From Zancudomyces culisetae HAW-14-8 (Eukaryota; Fungi; Kickxellomycota), in the NCBI GenBank assembly GCA_052426225.1, contig JBNJNM010000023.1, forward strand, positions 372,001 through 436,000: a stretch of 64,000 bases of DNA, given 5' to 3'. Under the pieces are notes generated by a model. It was not told the DNA's origin. It did not search any database and was given only the letters and a program-made list of their open reading frames with translations. This document shows, piece by piece, positions 49,928 to 62,385 of this stretch. The translations under genes were made by a program, and so were the position numbers. How positions within the stretch are numbered: position 1 is the stretch's first letter; each line of letters begins with the position of its first letter.

Positions 49928-50538
49928 CTACCAATGATAGATCTGAATAATTAGGAAATTATCCAATATAGTAAAGTATTATCAAAGCTAATATACGAGA
50001 CCCACAGTCATGTTCCATTCATGACATTATTGCAATTTTTTTATGTTATTAAAAATAGCAATAGTTCTTCAATCGGAAAAATACGCTTGATGTGTTTATG
50101 CCACCTTTATTTCATTTCGAAAATACTCACCAAATTCTAGAATAGAATTTATTTGTTAATTTTATGCTAATAAAATGAGTAAATTTTTGTAAAAATTTTT
50201 TGCATGAAAAATTTTCACAAATACTTATCAATCTGACTATCGTACTTGTTTTGAAATTCTTCACCATCTTTTTTTTTGCAGGTACTAAACCAAACAAAAA
50301 ATTGAAGCAAATTTGAGTCAATTACAAGTAATTACCCCATTAAAAATCGATTTCTTAGACGATATATCATTGAAATTGAATAAACCAAAAAATAAACAAA
50401 TAAACATAAAAATTTAGTCAAAAATAAAAACTATACCATTCTGTTCAGAAAAATTTGCTGATCATCTCTATATAGGTCTTAAAAAAAGTATTTTTTACAA
50501 AAAATCCAAGCAATATACAGGCAGTAGAACTACATAGT

Positions 50539-51450
50539 ATGGCTAACAATGAAGGAAACCATACAGATATGCCACCACAATGGGCATTGCAGCTTACTGA
50601 GCAGATTAAATTATTGGAAACCAGATTATCCAGTGTCGAAAGAGGCCCGGATATCGCTATGGCACCGGTTCCAGCCTCAGAAGACGCTGAGATGGTCCCC
50701 GAGGTTCAGTATGTGGTCGAAAGACCAGCCACATACGATCTTAAGCTCTATCCTGAACTCAGACATGCTATTACAAGCATGGATAAAGACTTTTTTAAAA
50801 GTCAACTATCTGAGACGGATAGGCGAACCTTTTATGCCTCGTGTCCACGCAACGAGGGCATAGAATATACACCGCTAAGCCTTCCAGATATGGAACAGAG
50901 TCAATCGGCTAGGCGCCAAGACGCAGCATTATACGACCTTCAGTATAAGCTGTTAGGCATTACCAGACCGATTGACTATTTCATCCACCAATGCATTCAA
51001 GGCGATGGAGCTGTTAGCAGGAAGGACGCTATTGATTTTGCCAACAATATCAGAGATTTGGTCAGTGATGTGGCATCTACCACCACCCAACAGAGTATTG
51101 ATTACATGTTCAGATCAATGGGAATTCAGGGAAGCACCCCTAAGTTTAGGGAGGAGGACCAGAACGTCATTATTGAGCCAGCCAAGATCATCGAGCATAT
51201 ATCAGCACGCGACCAGCTCAGAAAGTCAGTATCACAAGCCAAGCAGAACACCAGAGCCAACGTATCCAGACGGTTGGGACCCAGAATGCAGCCCGTTACC
51301 ACGTTTCAGCATAGCCCGGGTCAGTCAAGCCAGCCTCCGGCGCCTCAGCAGAGTGTTCAGAGGTATACGCAATCCCAGCGCCCTCAAACTCTCAACTCTA
51401 GTGCCCCTCGCCCTTTTGGATCCAAGCACAGGGCAGCGAAGAGACAGTAG
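50539..51450 (+). CDS. DIRS ORF1 (Gag-like)
   Basis: 303-aa ORF immediately upstream of, and overlapping, the DIRS pol start VGGRL...W. Confidence 0.75.
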   Translation: MANNEGNHTDMPPQWALQLTEQIKLLETRLSSVERGPDIAMAPVPASEDAEMVPEVQYVVERPATYDLKLYPELRHAITSMDKDFFKSQLSETDRRTFYASCPRNEGIEYTPLSLPDMEQSQSARRQDAALYDLQYKLLGITRPIDYFIHQCIQGDGAVSRKDAIDFANNIRDLVSDVASTTTQQSIDYMFRSMGIQGSTPKFREEDQNVIIEPAKIIEHISARDQLRKSVSQAKQNTRANVSRRLGPRMQPVTTFQHSPGQSSQPPAPQQSVQRYTQSQRPQTLNSSAPRPFGSKHRAAKRQ

Positions 51451-53704
51451 GAGGAAGGCTTGCCCAGTACCAGGCAGCCTGGCAAAGACTCACAGACGAC
51501 AGATGGGTACAGTCCGTGATAGCCGAGGGGTTCAGAATCCCCTTCCATACCCAACCACCGACCACGTCGCAGCCGCGGTCGAGACCACCTCCGGCAAGCA
51601 GAGCAGCCAGAGAGACCTTAGAGGCAGAGATCATAAGCCTCTTGGCCAAGAGGGCCATCGAGGAAGTGGGCAGAAGCGACCAGAAAGGCTTCTACTCAAG
51701 CCTCTTCCTCGTCCCAAAGAAATCAGGAAAGTTGAGACCGGTTTTGAACCTAAAACCCCTCAACCAATACGTCCCTCCCCGGTCCTTCAAGATGGAAACA
51801 CTGCAGCAAACCTGCAGGAACATCAAGAGAAAGGACTGGATGTGTCAAAACTGGTTTAGGAATATTTAGTTTAGTACTATTTTTTTATTTAAATAAGACA
51901 ATTGTTGTTAGATAAAAATAGAAATTTTAAGGAAAAAACTAGGGTTTTAATACTTATAAAAAAGTTAGAAACTTGAATTAAAATTATTGCTACTATCGCT
52001 TGACTACTAAACAAAATGTTCTAGACAGGAACTTATTATTAAAATTATTAAGTAATAATAAAATTTCTAGAATGTTCTTAGAAAATCATGAAATGATAAT
52101 TACGAATTATTAATAAAAATTCGTAATTTAAACTTACCAAAAAATATAAATAGACACAACGGTCTAGAATTTAAAGATATTTTATGGTTATGACAGGATG
52201 GCAAGTATCGACTTAATAGATGCCTTCCGTCACGTATTATTGAACAAGGCATCAAGAAAATACGTAAGGTTTACCTGGGGAAGGAAGCTGTACCAGTTCC
52301 GAGTCCTTCCCATCGGTCTCTCTTTAAGTCCCTGGACCTTCACGAAGGTCCTGAAACCCGTGCTCAGATGGGCGAGGCAGAGAGGAATCAGATTGACAGC
52401 TTATCTAGACAATTTGCTGGTCTTGGGCGACTCAAAAGACCGGTGTGCCCAAAACGTCAGCCTCCTCCTCATAAATCTGGCAAAGGTAGGCTTCTTGATC
52501 AAGGAGTCAAAGTCATCCCTAATCCCAAGCCAAGTTATCGATCACTTGGGGATGACTATCAACAGCCGCGAGATGTCACTGAAGGTCCCCAAGAACAAGA
52601 AGCGGGATCTCAGACGGGAAGCCGAGAAGCTGATCAATTGCGGATCAGCTTCCCTCAGAAACCTGGCATCATTCATCGGGAGGGCCCAGTCGCTTTCGAT
52701 TGCGCTGCTCCCGGGTCGTCTCAGGCTCAGGCGCCTTCAGGAGGCCATGATCAGGGGCCTCAAGGAACATGGAGACTGGAATGCGACAGTTTTTCTACCT
52801 CCTCCAGCCATCGAGAACCTGAAATGGTGGGCTACACAGCTCAAACAGTGGAACGGGAGGTCATTTATACCCGAAGTTCTCTCCAAGGAGATATTTACGG
52901 ACGCCAGCGACAAGGGATGGGGCATAGTGACAGACATCAGAACATACAGTGGGACATGGGACAAGTTTTGGAGCCAGCAGCCGATCAATGTCAAGGAATA
53001 CAGGTAGTTCAGATGGCTCTCAGGCTTCCAGAAGTCATCGGGAGGAGCATTCTGCTCTATTGCGACAACAATCGACGATCGCATACGTCAAGAATCAAGG
53101 TGGGACTCGCTCCTCGAAACTTTTGGAGGTAGCCGAAGGTTTATGGAACTTCTGTTTGACGTCGAGGACACGCCCACAGATCGATTACATCCCTTCAGCG
53201 ATCAATCCAGCAGATGCGCCATCCAGACTGACAGCGCAAGTGGAATGGGAGATATCTCCCAGGATGTTCAGCAAGATAGATCGGATGTTCGGTCCCCACG
53301 ACATCGATCTATTTGCCTCAGCGACCAACAAGAAGGTTCCCTTGTACATGACCTGGTACAGGGACCCGTTGGTGGTAGCCTCCAATGCTCTCCATTACCA
53401 TTGGAATCCATGGAGAAACCCTTACATCTGTCCTCCGTGGAACTTGATACCCCAGGTCATCCAAAAGGTCAGGAGGGAGAAACTTTCCGTGACCTTGGTG
53501 ACCCCATACTGGAAGTCGAGCCTTTGGTTCCCGGATCTCAGGGCCCTGTCGACCTCCAGTCCACTTCTGATCCCTGCCCGGGAAGTTCTAGCAGACCCCT
53601 CAAGCGGAAAACGCCTCATGAACAAGAACAAGAGCTGGAGGCTAGCCGCTTGGAGGTTAAGCGGTCACACTATGTCGAAGCGGGACTTAACGATCATGCC
53701 CTGA
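51447..53704 (+). pseudogene. DIRS pol (RT, RNase H, adenine-methyltransferase-like domain), interrupted by a solo LTR and frameshifts
   Basis: FLVPKKSGKLRPVLNLK, SIDL.DAF, YLDN, FTDASDKGWG, DIDLFAS and CPPW motifs. Insertion at 51843-52195, frameshifts near 53000-53075. Confidence 0.9.
51843..52195. mobile_element. Solo LTR inserted in the DIRS RT, 5-bp TSD ggatg
   Basis: TGTCA...TGACA with ggatg at 51838-51842 and 52196-52200. Removing it restores KRKDWM-ASIDL. Confidence 0.92.
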
Positions 53705-54279
53705 CGCTTATTACCAGTAATCACAAGTCTATCCACCTTGATAGACGTTACCTCCTAGCTCAGAGGAAGTTTCTCGCTTACATCAGCGAGTTATCTATAA
53801 CTATGGACAAGTTCTCCGCTTCAGACGTCATAAACTACTTATCGGATGGACAATATAACTTAAAGTGGTCCTATAACACGATTAAATACTATAGTGCAGC
53901 TATATCTAACTTGCTACCAGACAGAAGGATCATTAACGACAGTTGGTTGTATAAAGAGTTTATTCAACCAATCAATACTTTAAAAACTATTAATCTATCT
54001 TCTAATTACTGTGACATAACACTTATAGCTATAAATCTAAGGGACTGGGGACCTAACACTCAACTTAGTATTCATAAGCTTACTCAGAAGCTTTGTTTCC
54101 TTCTCGGTATATGTGGCTTCATGAGGCCGAGTGACATTGAAAGGATTGACCAAAGCATGACGACAGTGACAGAAAGATTTATAAGGCTCACGGTTGTGGA
54201 ACCTAAAGAGAAACGAATGGGCCTATCCATCACCAAGACAGTCACTATCCACAAGCATTCACTCGCGTACCTACAGTGA
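53143..54279 (+). pseudogene. DIRS tyrosine recombinase, C-terminus lost at the Tc1 insertion
   Basis: LCFLLGICGFMRPSDI (catalytic Arg box) and PKEK. The HxxR/Tyr region is missing after 54273. Confidence 0.8.
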
Positions 54280-55833
54280 GTTTCAAAAATGTCTCAAAAT
54301 AATGATAATAATTTTCAAAGTGTAATAACTCGCTCAATAATATCCAGAAATAACATGTTTTTTATATTATATAATGCACAAATGTTATATGTTAATTTTA
54401 TATAAACTGTATATATTATTGGATAAAAATTCATTATGAATTTATAAATTGAAAAAATTTTAAAAATGAGACAATTTTGGGATTTTATCAAAAAAATACT
54501 TTAAAATTCTGTCCACCTTCCATTAGACTTGATAACTGCCTCAACTCTTTTGGGTATACTATCTATAAGACCAAGTATTGTTTACACTCAAATTAAATTC
54601 CATTCCGTTTCTATTCGCTCCCATAATTCGATCATCCCGGACGGAGCTTTACTGTTTCTATTTAGGCGTCTTTTGATGATTGCCCATATAGTTTCGATTG
54701 GGTTTAAGTCTGGAGATTGTGGCGGCCAGTCCAATGTATTATATTCCTGGTTTTCAAGCCAGCTGGTAACTAACTTTGCGGTATGTTTAGGATCATTGTC
54801 ATGTTGAAATATTATTGACTTGGGATCCAACTTGTAGTACTTTATTGTATTGCTAAGCTCGTCTATTAAAATGTTTAAATAACTTTCCTTGTTTAACATT
54901 CCTTCTATTAGTCATATGTAGCCAGTTTCAAATGCTGTGATGCATCCCCAAATCATTAATGATCCTCCACCGTGTTTTACGGTCTGGTTAATATTGTGCG
55001 GCTGTAGACTCACACCATCACGAACCCAAGTCCATTCATTTCCATCAGATCCAAATCGGTTGATTTTAGTTTCGTCGGACCAAACTACTCGTCGCCAATC
55101 ATCAGTAGTCCAGTGGCGATGAGATTTTGCGAATCAACCTTTTTGCAATATTTTTAAGGCTCAGTTTCGGTTTGGATGCCTTCTTTTTTGCAACGGCTTT
55201 TAGATCATTAAAAGCCCTATATATTGTAGACTTACTAGCACTAACAATATTATCCTTTTAACTTCTTTTGTACCGAAGTAACAGATCGATACTCTCCAGA
55301 TAATATCATCCTAGTACATATTCGCTTGCTTTGGGGTGAAAGCTTCGCTGGACGACCGCGTTTATTAGCCGGTAAATTGATACATATTGCAGCTTTTATT
55401 CTGTATATTGTTGCTTTACTAACTCCATTTCCTATAATGATTTGGTCAATGCTTCTGCCTTCAAGTAACTCGTTTTTTATATCCAGTTTACGTTGTTCAG
55501 ATATGATTTTTTAAAAAATTATACTTTTGATTAGTATATTAATTATATATATGATTATATGTAAAAGTTTTAAAAATTTAATAATTTAATTCATAAAGTT
55601 ATGATTGTTTAAATTTTTTTTTTGAAAAATTCCCAAAATTGTCTCATTTTTAAAAAATTTTCATATATCAATTACTTAATGAATTTTTAACCAATATAAT
55701 AACAGATAATATAGTTTAAAATTATCAATTGTTCGTTATTTAAATAAAAAATATCTAATTTCTGGATATTATTGAGCGAGATATATCACTTTGATAAATA
55801 TTCATTTTTTTGAGAAATTTTTGAAACTTACTG
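54274..55833 (-). mobile_element. Tc1-family DNA transposon with long (~220 bp) imperfect TIRs, flanked by TA
   Basis: TA-cagtgagtttcaaaaat...tttttgaaacttactg-TA. Contains a DD34E transposase remnant. Confidence 0.92.
54500..55510 (-). pseudogene. Tc1 DD34E transposase pseudogene
   Basis: GRP, VVWSDETK, VKHGGGSLMIWGC and FQHDNDPKH...WPPQSPDLNPIE (34 residues between D and E), with stops and frameshifts. Confidence 0.92.
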
Positions 55834-55835
55834 TA

Positions 55836-55960
55836 TATTAAATAAATGATTATTATTTGTGCATTATATAATATGTAAAGTATATTATCTGGATATTATT
55901 GAGCGAGATATTCTAATTGAAAACAATTACAATATTTTGAGACATTTTTGAAACAAACTG
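55836..55960. repeat. Second, orphan Tc1 right-end TIR
   Basis: Repeats tctggatattattgagcgagatat...tttttgaaac..actg-TA directly after the first right end. Confidence 0.8.
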
Positions 55961-56699
55961 TATTTATTTCAATAAAACTGATAATAGCTAATTTATTATT
56001 CTATGTTAAAGTCTTAATTATATGTGTTCTTGTGGTTACATTTTTAAATTAGTCTTATTACTCTTATTGTTTTTATATTTGAATGTTAATTTACTCTTCC
56101 TTTTTAGTGGTATTTTTCATTTTATGATTTTTCTGTGATTAATATATTTTCGATTTACTAAATAATAGTTGTTTGTTGTTGATCAACTTCAAGTTAGTTT
56201 AGTTGATTGTTTATTAAGTAATTTAAATATTTTTATAAATTGTTGAATCCCCTTATGCATCGGGTTCCACATGACACTTTGCACCATCAGTAATAAAATA
56301 TGTCTTCACCTCAATTGTATTAGCTGTAGGATTATTCACTGTTTCAATACATTTCTTTCTTATGCTAGTAGACATAAAAGCAGTCAGTAGAGTGATTATT
56401 AAATTATAGTAATTGTTGACGCTAGTGGTATTGTTTGGCTTACTGCGCGCCTTCATCTCTTTATTTAAACCGAGTATTCATATTTCTGCGGATTCATAAC
56501 CTTGATTTTTTTGTACTATGATATGTTTTAAATAGCTGTAGGGATAGGTCTTATATTTCATTTGGTTCTTATATTCAGGTATCACAGAAAAAATGTAGAG
56601 GGGTACGGGATAAGGTACTACAATATTCCAGCCGTGATATCCGAATTATCGCTCATAAGCTTTTTTTAGCGTATGAAGAAGACAAGGCTGAATTAAAAA

Positions 56700-57310
56700 G
56701 TTATGAGTTTTTGTTTTTAGGTTATAACAATTTTTTAAGTAATCATACCATTACTTGTGAATTGTGGTATAGGAACTGTTATACATACAATAACACTTAT
56801 GATAATGCTTTTTCATGGACTAGCAGAAACTTGCAAACCATCTCATAATCACTCAACAACCACTTTAGCTTTTGTAGATGTATTGCATAAATCAACACAA
56901 AGTATAACAATTCTTTACTACGACAAACATTCATGAGGCTATTTTGGTTTCCAATCATTCGGATTTTTGTTTTTGTTTTTGTTATTCTGTTTAATCTACT
57001 AGTAGAGGAAAGTGGTCATATCATCTCATCTCTAGATTATATGGTTGAGTCAGTTTTTGTAGCTTTAGGAGAGTTGAGCATTACTTATTTATTTTTTCGG
57101 CGATCTGGTTATTGATAGAACTTATCAAGATCATAGTGAGTTGATAATCTAAAAAAACCTATATCGAAGGTAATAGATAAATAGAAAGTAATAGAAAACA
57201 AAGATGAATTAGGAAATAATACTTGTGAGGATAAAAGTATTAGTGATTTAATAGGATGTGTAATTAATGAAAGTGTCGGTAAATTAGTAGCTAGAGCAGG
57301 CGATAAAAAA
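56700..57310 (+). pseudogene. Degenerate paralog of the adjacent 7TM gene (3' half)
   Basis: INTKYNNSLLRQTFMRLFWFPII vs LNHRFNNTVMRKLFRRLLWFPIF, with stops and frameshifts. Confidence 0.65.
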
Positions 57311-58461
57311 TAATAGTAGCGAAAATGATGCTGGCGAGACAAAAACAAATTGTGAGTTAGCAAACATCACAACTGAGAATAAACGTCGCTACAAGTTTTC
57401 ATACAATAATAACACGATAAATAACCAAAAATAAGATCTATAGGGGTACAGTAAATATTACTTGTATAATTTCATAAGCTCGTTTATGATCCCTAATTCT
57501 AATAGTTTATAGCTTGAGCTATGTTATACATTAGGTTAAAAAAATTTGATAAAATAAAACAAATGTTCAAAACGGGCTCATGTTACCAAGAACCTGTATC
57601 TTGGCAAGAATATAATGAGGGTTAAAGTTAATGTTTGGTATCAATCTAACAATGAAGGGTCAATTAATTTTACATTGCTTATTAATTGAGAATATGGTGA
57701 GTGATTAAGGATGTTAAATGTGATAAAATGAAAAAGTAGTTGTAGTTAGACAATGGAAAAGTAAAAACTAACATCAAGTGTATATATTAATTGCATTTTT
57801 GAGGAGATTTAATTAAATTGGATACTATTAGCAGGATGTAAAGATTACCAATGTATTGGTTTTATATCATACCCAATGGTAAAATGTAACTTTTTCAGAC
57901 TGGGTATTGTATACACTAGTTGTTAGCCAATGGTGTGGTATGATTCAATAAAATAAATTTTTTGTTCAATAAACAGCTTCAGCAAAGTAAGTGTGGGGTA
58001 TTGAAATCGTTGTTTATATTAAAAATACCTACCAAGGTAGTGGGGACTTTACTTAATTGGAAGAAAATACAGTAGAATAGTGAAATCTAAATACATTAAA
58101 ATTTTATTCATATTAGTCCATGTTAGTAGGTTTTGTTTATAATATCACATTATGGCGATTATTCAGCTAATGGTATAGTATTCATATTTTTTATTCACTG
58201 TTATATTATTTAAAACTATCCCTTCAAACCAAGTATCAAACAATCTTTGTTACTTAAAATAACAACATACAATGGAATAGAATAAGTAATATAAAATCAC
58301 ACTTAGATAAGATATAGAATAAATATTAAAGGGTATAAACTAGATAAAGTTACAAGGGTACGATTTAATACACGACTAAAGGCGAGTATAAAAAAGAAAA
58401 AATGTTGAATAGTATTACGCATTGGCAAGTAAACATATAAAACCAAGTAAAGAACAAACTA

Positions 58462-59427
58462 ATGGATGGTCCGAATGCATGGATGCAATTAACTACCAAC
58501 GTTTTTATCTCGATAGCTATCGCTATATCCTCATTTACAATAATATGGTACCTATTTTTGCTTTTAGTCGATCGAAAATTGGTTAGCAGGATAATAATTA
58601 GGCAAATAGTAATCGTACAAACGGGTAGTATACTAAGAAACATTACATTTTTAGTGATTTTGAACTCTTCGGGATATTCAAAATTTTGTCAAGATTTAAA
58701 AATATTATTTGGGTTTATAATGACTATTCAGTTTTATGTGGGGATATCGATAACTTTTCATCTGTTACTAATCTTTAAGTATCACCAAAAGAATGTGGAG
58801 AAATATGAAAAATGGTACTATGTTTTTGCTGTTGTGATAGCTGGAATATCGATCTTACAGTTCTTGGTGGATGGAAGTAAAGAGAAAATATTATATCAAT
58901 GTGGATACGCCTTTTTGACCAAAATAGGTTTTCATCCTATTGTAATATCATACTACTTATTAATAATGATAGGAGCATTATTCGCAATTTTATTCTTGGC
59001 ATTACTTTTTCAAACTATTTCAAAATACCATGGCACCATTCCAGAAAGAGTCGAACAAGATACAAACATTCAACATCGAATGGCATCGTTAAATCACAGG
59101 TTCAACAATACTGTAATGAGAAAGTTGTTTAGAAGGTTGTTGTGGTTTCCAATATTCCCTGTGGTTATTATATTTTTAGGCACTATCACTATTATGATTG
59201 AGGCACTAGGTCAGAGAATACCATTTGTTATCTATAGAATTGAGATGTTGCTTCTTGTTTTCAGCGATTTGGGAGTTACAAATTTGTTTATTAAGGATCC
59301 CATTATCATGAGAACGATACAAGATGATAGAGAAATTCACAAGCTGAAGGTACTACTAGCCAAGTTTTTAAGAAAAACTGATAAGTGTGTAGATGAACAC
59401 ATACCTGAGGAAAATTCTGATGAATAG
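58462..59427 (+). CDS. Seven-transmembrane GPCR-like protein (cAMP-receptor/Git3-like)
   Basis: About 7 hydrophobic helices, extracellular Cys (FC, QC), YEKWYY loop, and RLLWFP in TM6. Confidence 0.75.
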   Translation: MDGPNAWMQLTTNVFISIAIAISSFTIIWYLFLLLVDRKLVSRIIIRQIVIVQTGSILRNITFLVILNSSGYSKFCQDLKILFGFIMTIQFYVGISITFHLLLIFKYHQKNVEKYEKWYYVFAVVIAGISILQFLVDGSKEKILYQCGYAFLTKIGFHPIVISYYLLIMIGALFAILFLALLFQTISKYHGTIPERVEQDTNIQHRMASLNHRFNNTVMRKLFRRLLWFPIFPVVIIFLGTITIMIEALGQRIPFVIYRIEMLLLVFSDLGVTNLFIKDPIIMRTIQDDREIHKLKVLLAKFLRKTDKCVDEHIPEENSDE

Positions 59428-62385
59428 AATTTACTAGTAAAGAAAATAATTACAATAGACAAAGATCATTGTGTGTAGATATATTTTTTATGTATAAGGG
59501 TGCTAGATGAAATCAAACTGGATTGCTTCTAGTTTTACCCAACTTGAACTCTATTGAATCTTTAACCAAATCTGTAATTGATATTGCAAATGGAGCTTCT
59601 TTATGGGAATAAACACTTGAAAATTTTTCATTAATAGAATAAATACTATATTTATATTATAATGTCCATTAGGTTTTTTAACAACAAATGTCATTTTTTT
59701 TAAATAGGTTGAACAGTGAAAAATTAGAATGTATCGTATATTTATTAGATTAAATTTTATTATAATGGGAGAAAACTTCCACAAGAAATACTATATGAGT
59801 AATAAATTAAAACTGTTTGTCAATTCAAACTCACAAATAGGTACAGTATTGAATAATAAGGTTTATATTATAATAATACTTTAATATCAAAAAGAGTAAA
59901 CTCTTTAACCTAACTATGATAATATTAATGTTTCAGTTTAAATGTGTAATTTATAACACTATAATATTGTTTTTGTATCTCCAAACTGACTTATCATGTA
60001 TGATCACAGATTTTTGCCATTGATATGTTGAAACCCATTCTACATCTTTATTAGTGCCAAAATATTTATTATCTTTACCAATCTACCCCATCAACCATTT
60101 ATCTTTTTTGGACAAAAGAAAAATAGTGATATTTTAGTATGGCAATAATTGGCAAGTCAACAGGGATGTATTCTTTAATTGAAAATCAAAGGTTTCAAAC
60201 GAAAATCAATATCAGTAGTCAGTATAAAAAAGTTGATGTCGTAACTATATAATAAACCCAAGACTCAGCTATTCTTAGACTCGATACTCTTACACCCACC
60301 ATGATACTAAATACATCAAAAACAAAAATGGGGTAAAAATCAAACTGCAATACCCCTAAGAGCCAGTGATATGTAGTTTAATCTCGAGTACTACTTATAT
60401 TTCTATGCTGATTAATGCCAACAACAATATACCAGTTTATACTCTGAACCAAACGCTAAGTATTCGTCTACTTACAAAAAAATCTTATATTCGCTTGAGA
60501 TTTGTATTTCGAACATTTTAATACCTGTATTTAAATAAAAAATCCGATAAAAGTAACATTTATTGACTACAAATATACATTGCGAACCTTGTAATTAATA
60601 ATTTACAGTAACTGGAATTCTATAACATGCTAGCATATTAAATTAATGACTATCCTTATTGCTAATATTGGTGCAAAGCTATAATAAATAATACAATAGA
60701 AAGTTTAATGTACAATGCAACATTCCATTGAATTTGGGTTTTTACTAGAACATCACATTTTCGTATACCAAAAAAAAAGTTATTTATTGTAGTTTTAAAT
60801 CGATTAAAACTGAGCATATAAAGGTTTGCCAACTGTTGTAACTACCTTGAATCCTATGTGATTCAGTCTCTAACATAAACTTTATAGAATCAAAAAATAC
60901 GATGCTTACTGAAACTGCTGTTGAAAAACAGTATGGGTTTTCTGGGTTTGTGGACAATTTCAGTAAGCAAATGGTGAGCCTGCTGCTTCAATGAATCTCA
61001 CGGTTGGCTTACAACAAATAATTCTATTCCGAAAAGAATCAATGACGCCAGAATAACAATGGTTCAGTTGATAGATAAATTAATACAAATATCATCAGTC
61101 TTTTTTATCCGTTATTAAAACCTATTCTCACTGTAAAAAAATCATAATCCGGACTAAAGTTTTATCGTGTGTTCAAGCAATTAATCTTCGAGAAGAATGT
61201 GAGCAGAGTATTGATAGATACTTTACACATTGAATCTTTACATGCTAGACAAATTATTTGGGCGTGAATTATTGCATCTGTTTTTTTTTGTTAAAAAGTT
61301 ATATAAATTCAATTCCCAAACTGTATTTATTTTTTCGCTTTGAATACTGCTAATCCTAAGGCTGATTTCTTAGTTTTTATGGTGGCTTTTGGCTCTAAAT
61401 CGTGGTTTCATATTTATTGTGCCTTGGTTTAGCAGTGAAATTGCAGGTGTTCAGAGATGAACTTTCTGGTGATGGTAACTGGTTGAAATTTTATAATTTT
61501 TTATCTGCTTTTCTCCAAATAGCGACATTTTTGCTATTAGGTTCAATCAGATTATTATTGGTGTACTGTTAAATGATTAACATTTGTTATGTAATTCTCA
61601 AAACAAATTACTCGATTTAAGGAATTTTTACCAAAACGAGTAACACATCGTCATATTTTAATTATGTAATAACTAAATCAATGTTCTCAGTTTGAATATG
61701 TGAATAAATTTTTGTTTTGATATTATATAATAAGTAAAATTAATATATTAAGTGCTACACTACATCTGAACAAATAAACCATCAATTGCCTATTTAATAT
61801 TTCTTGGAGCACTTTAATAATTCGTGGAATAGTACCTGGTGTAACTATTTTCAAATCAAACCATCAACAAAATTGTTCATTGGGCTATTAATTTATCGGT
61901 TTCAAGAACTTGAGTTCTGCTAAAGCGCAATTTATATTTTCGGTAAACTTCCGCATACTTTTACAATATCAGCAAAGAGTCTGCTATGTTACTCTCACAT
62001 CCTGTAAAATCCGAGTTACATAAACCCGCAGAATATTAATGAGATGTAGTACACTTCACATATTTTTGAACACTTTTTTTGTAAAGAAAGAAGCTAAACT
62101 AGCTTTCATGTCCCCGTCATTTAGTTATTATTTACATATTCTTATTATAATATCCTTTTCTTATGTAAAACTCTAAAATTATCAATTAATTCAATGGATT
62201 ACTGTAAAATAACAGACGAGAAAGTATGCAAACTTAACCTCCCAAAAACCAATAAGCGAAATACTCAAAAGTAAATAGGTTGAAATAAAATAATATTATA
62301 TAAGCCTAGAATTGGACTCATGGTTGATTGTAATGGCTTTGCATAAACTAATTTATTACAAGAATTACCTTCAGTTAGTTATTTA

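Larger units (their letters stand above)
50539..54273 (+). mobile_element. DIRS1-type tyrosine-recombinase retrotransposon, disrupted and 3'-truncated
   Basis: gag-like ORF, then RT/RNase H/methyltransferase-like ORF, then an overlapping YR ORF, GC-rich against its flanks. Termini not identified. Confidence 0.92.

Noticed and set aside
50972-53132. ORFs 50972-51859 and 52368-53132 as separate genes
   Set aside because: Overlapping frames within the GC-rich DIRS element with no independent domain evidence.
60900-61260. Possible integrase relic (NNGSVDR-like)
   Set aside because: Too degenerate to support without an alignment.
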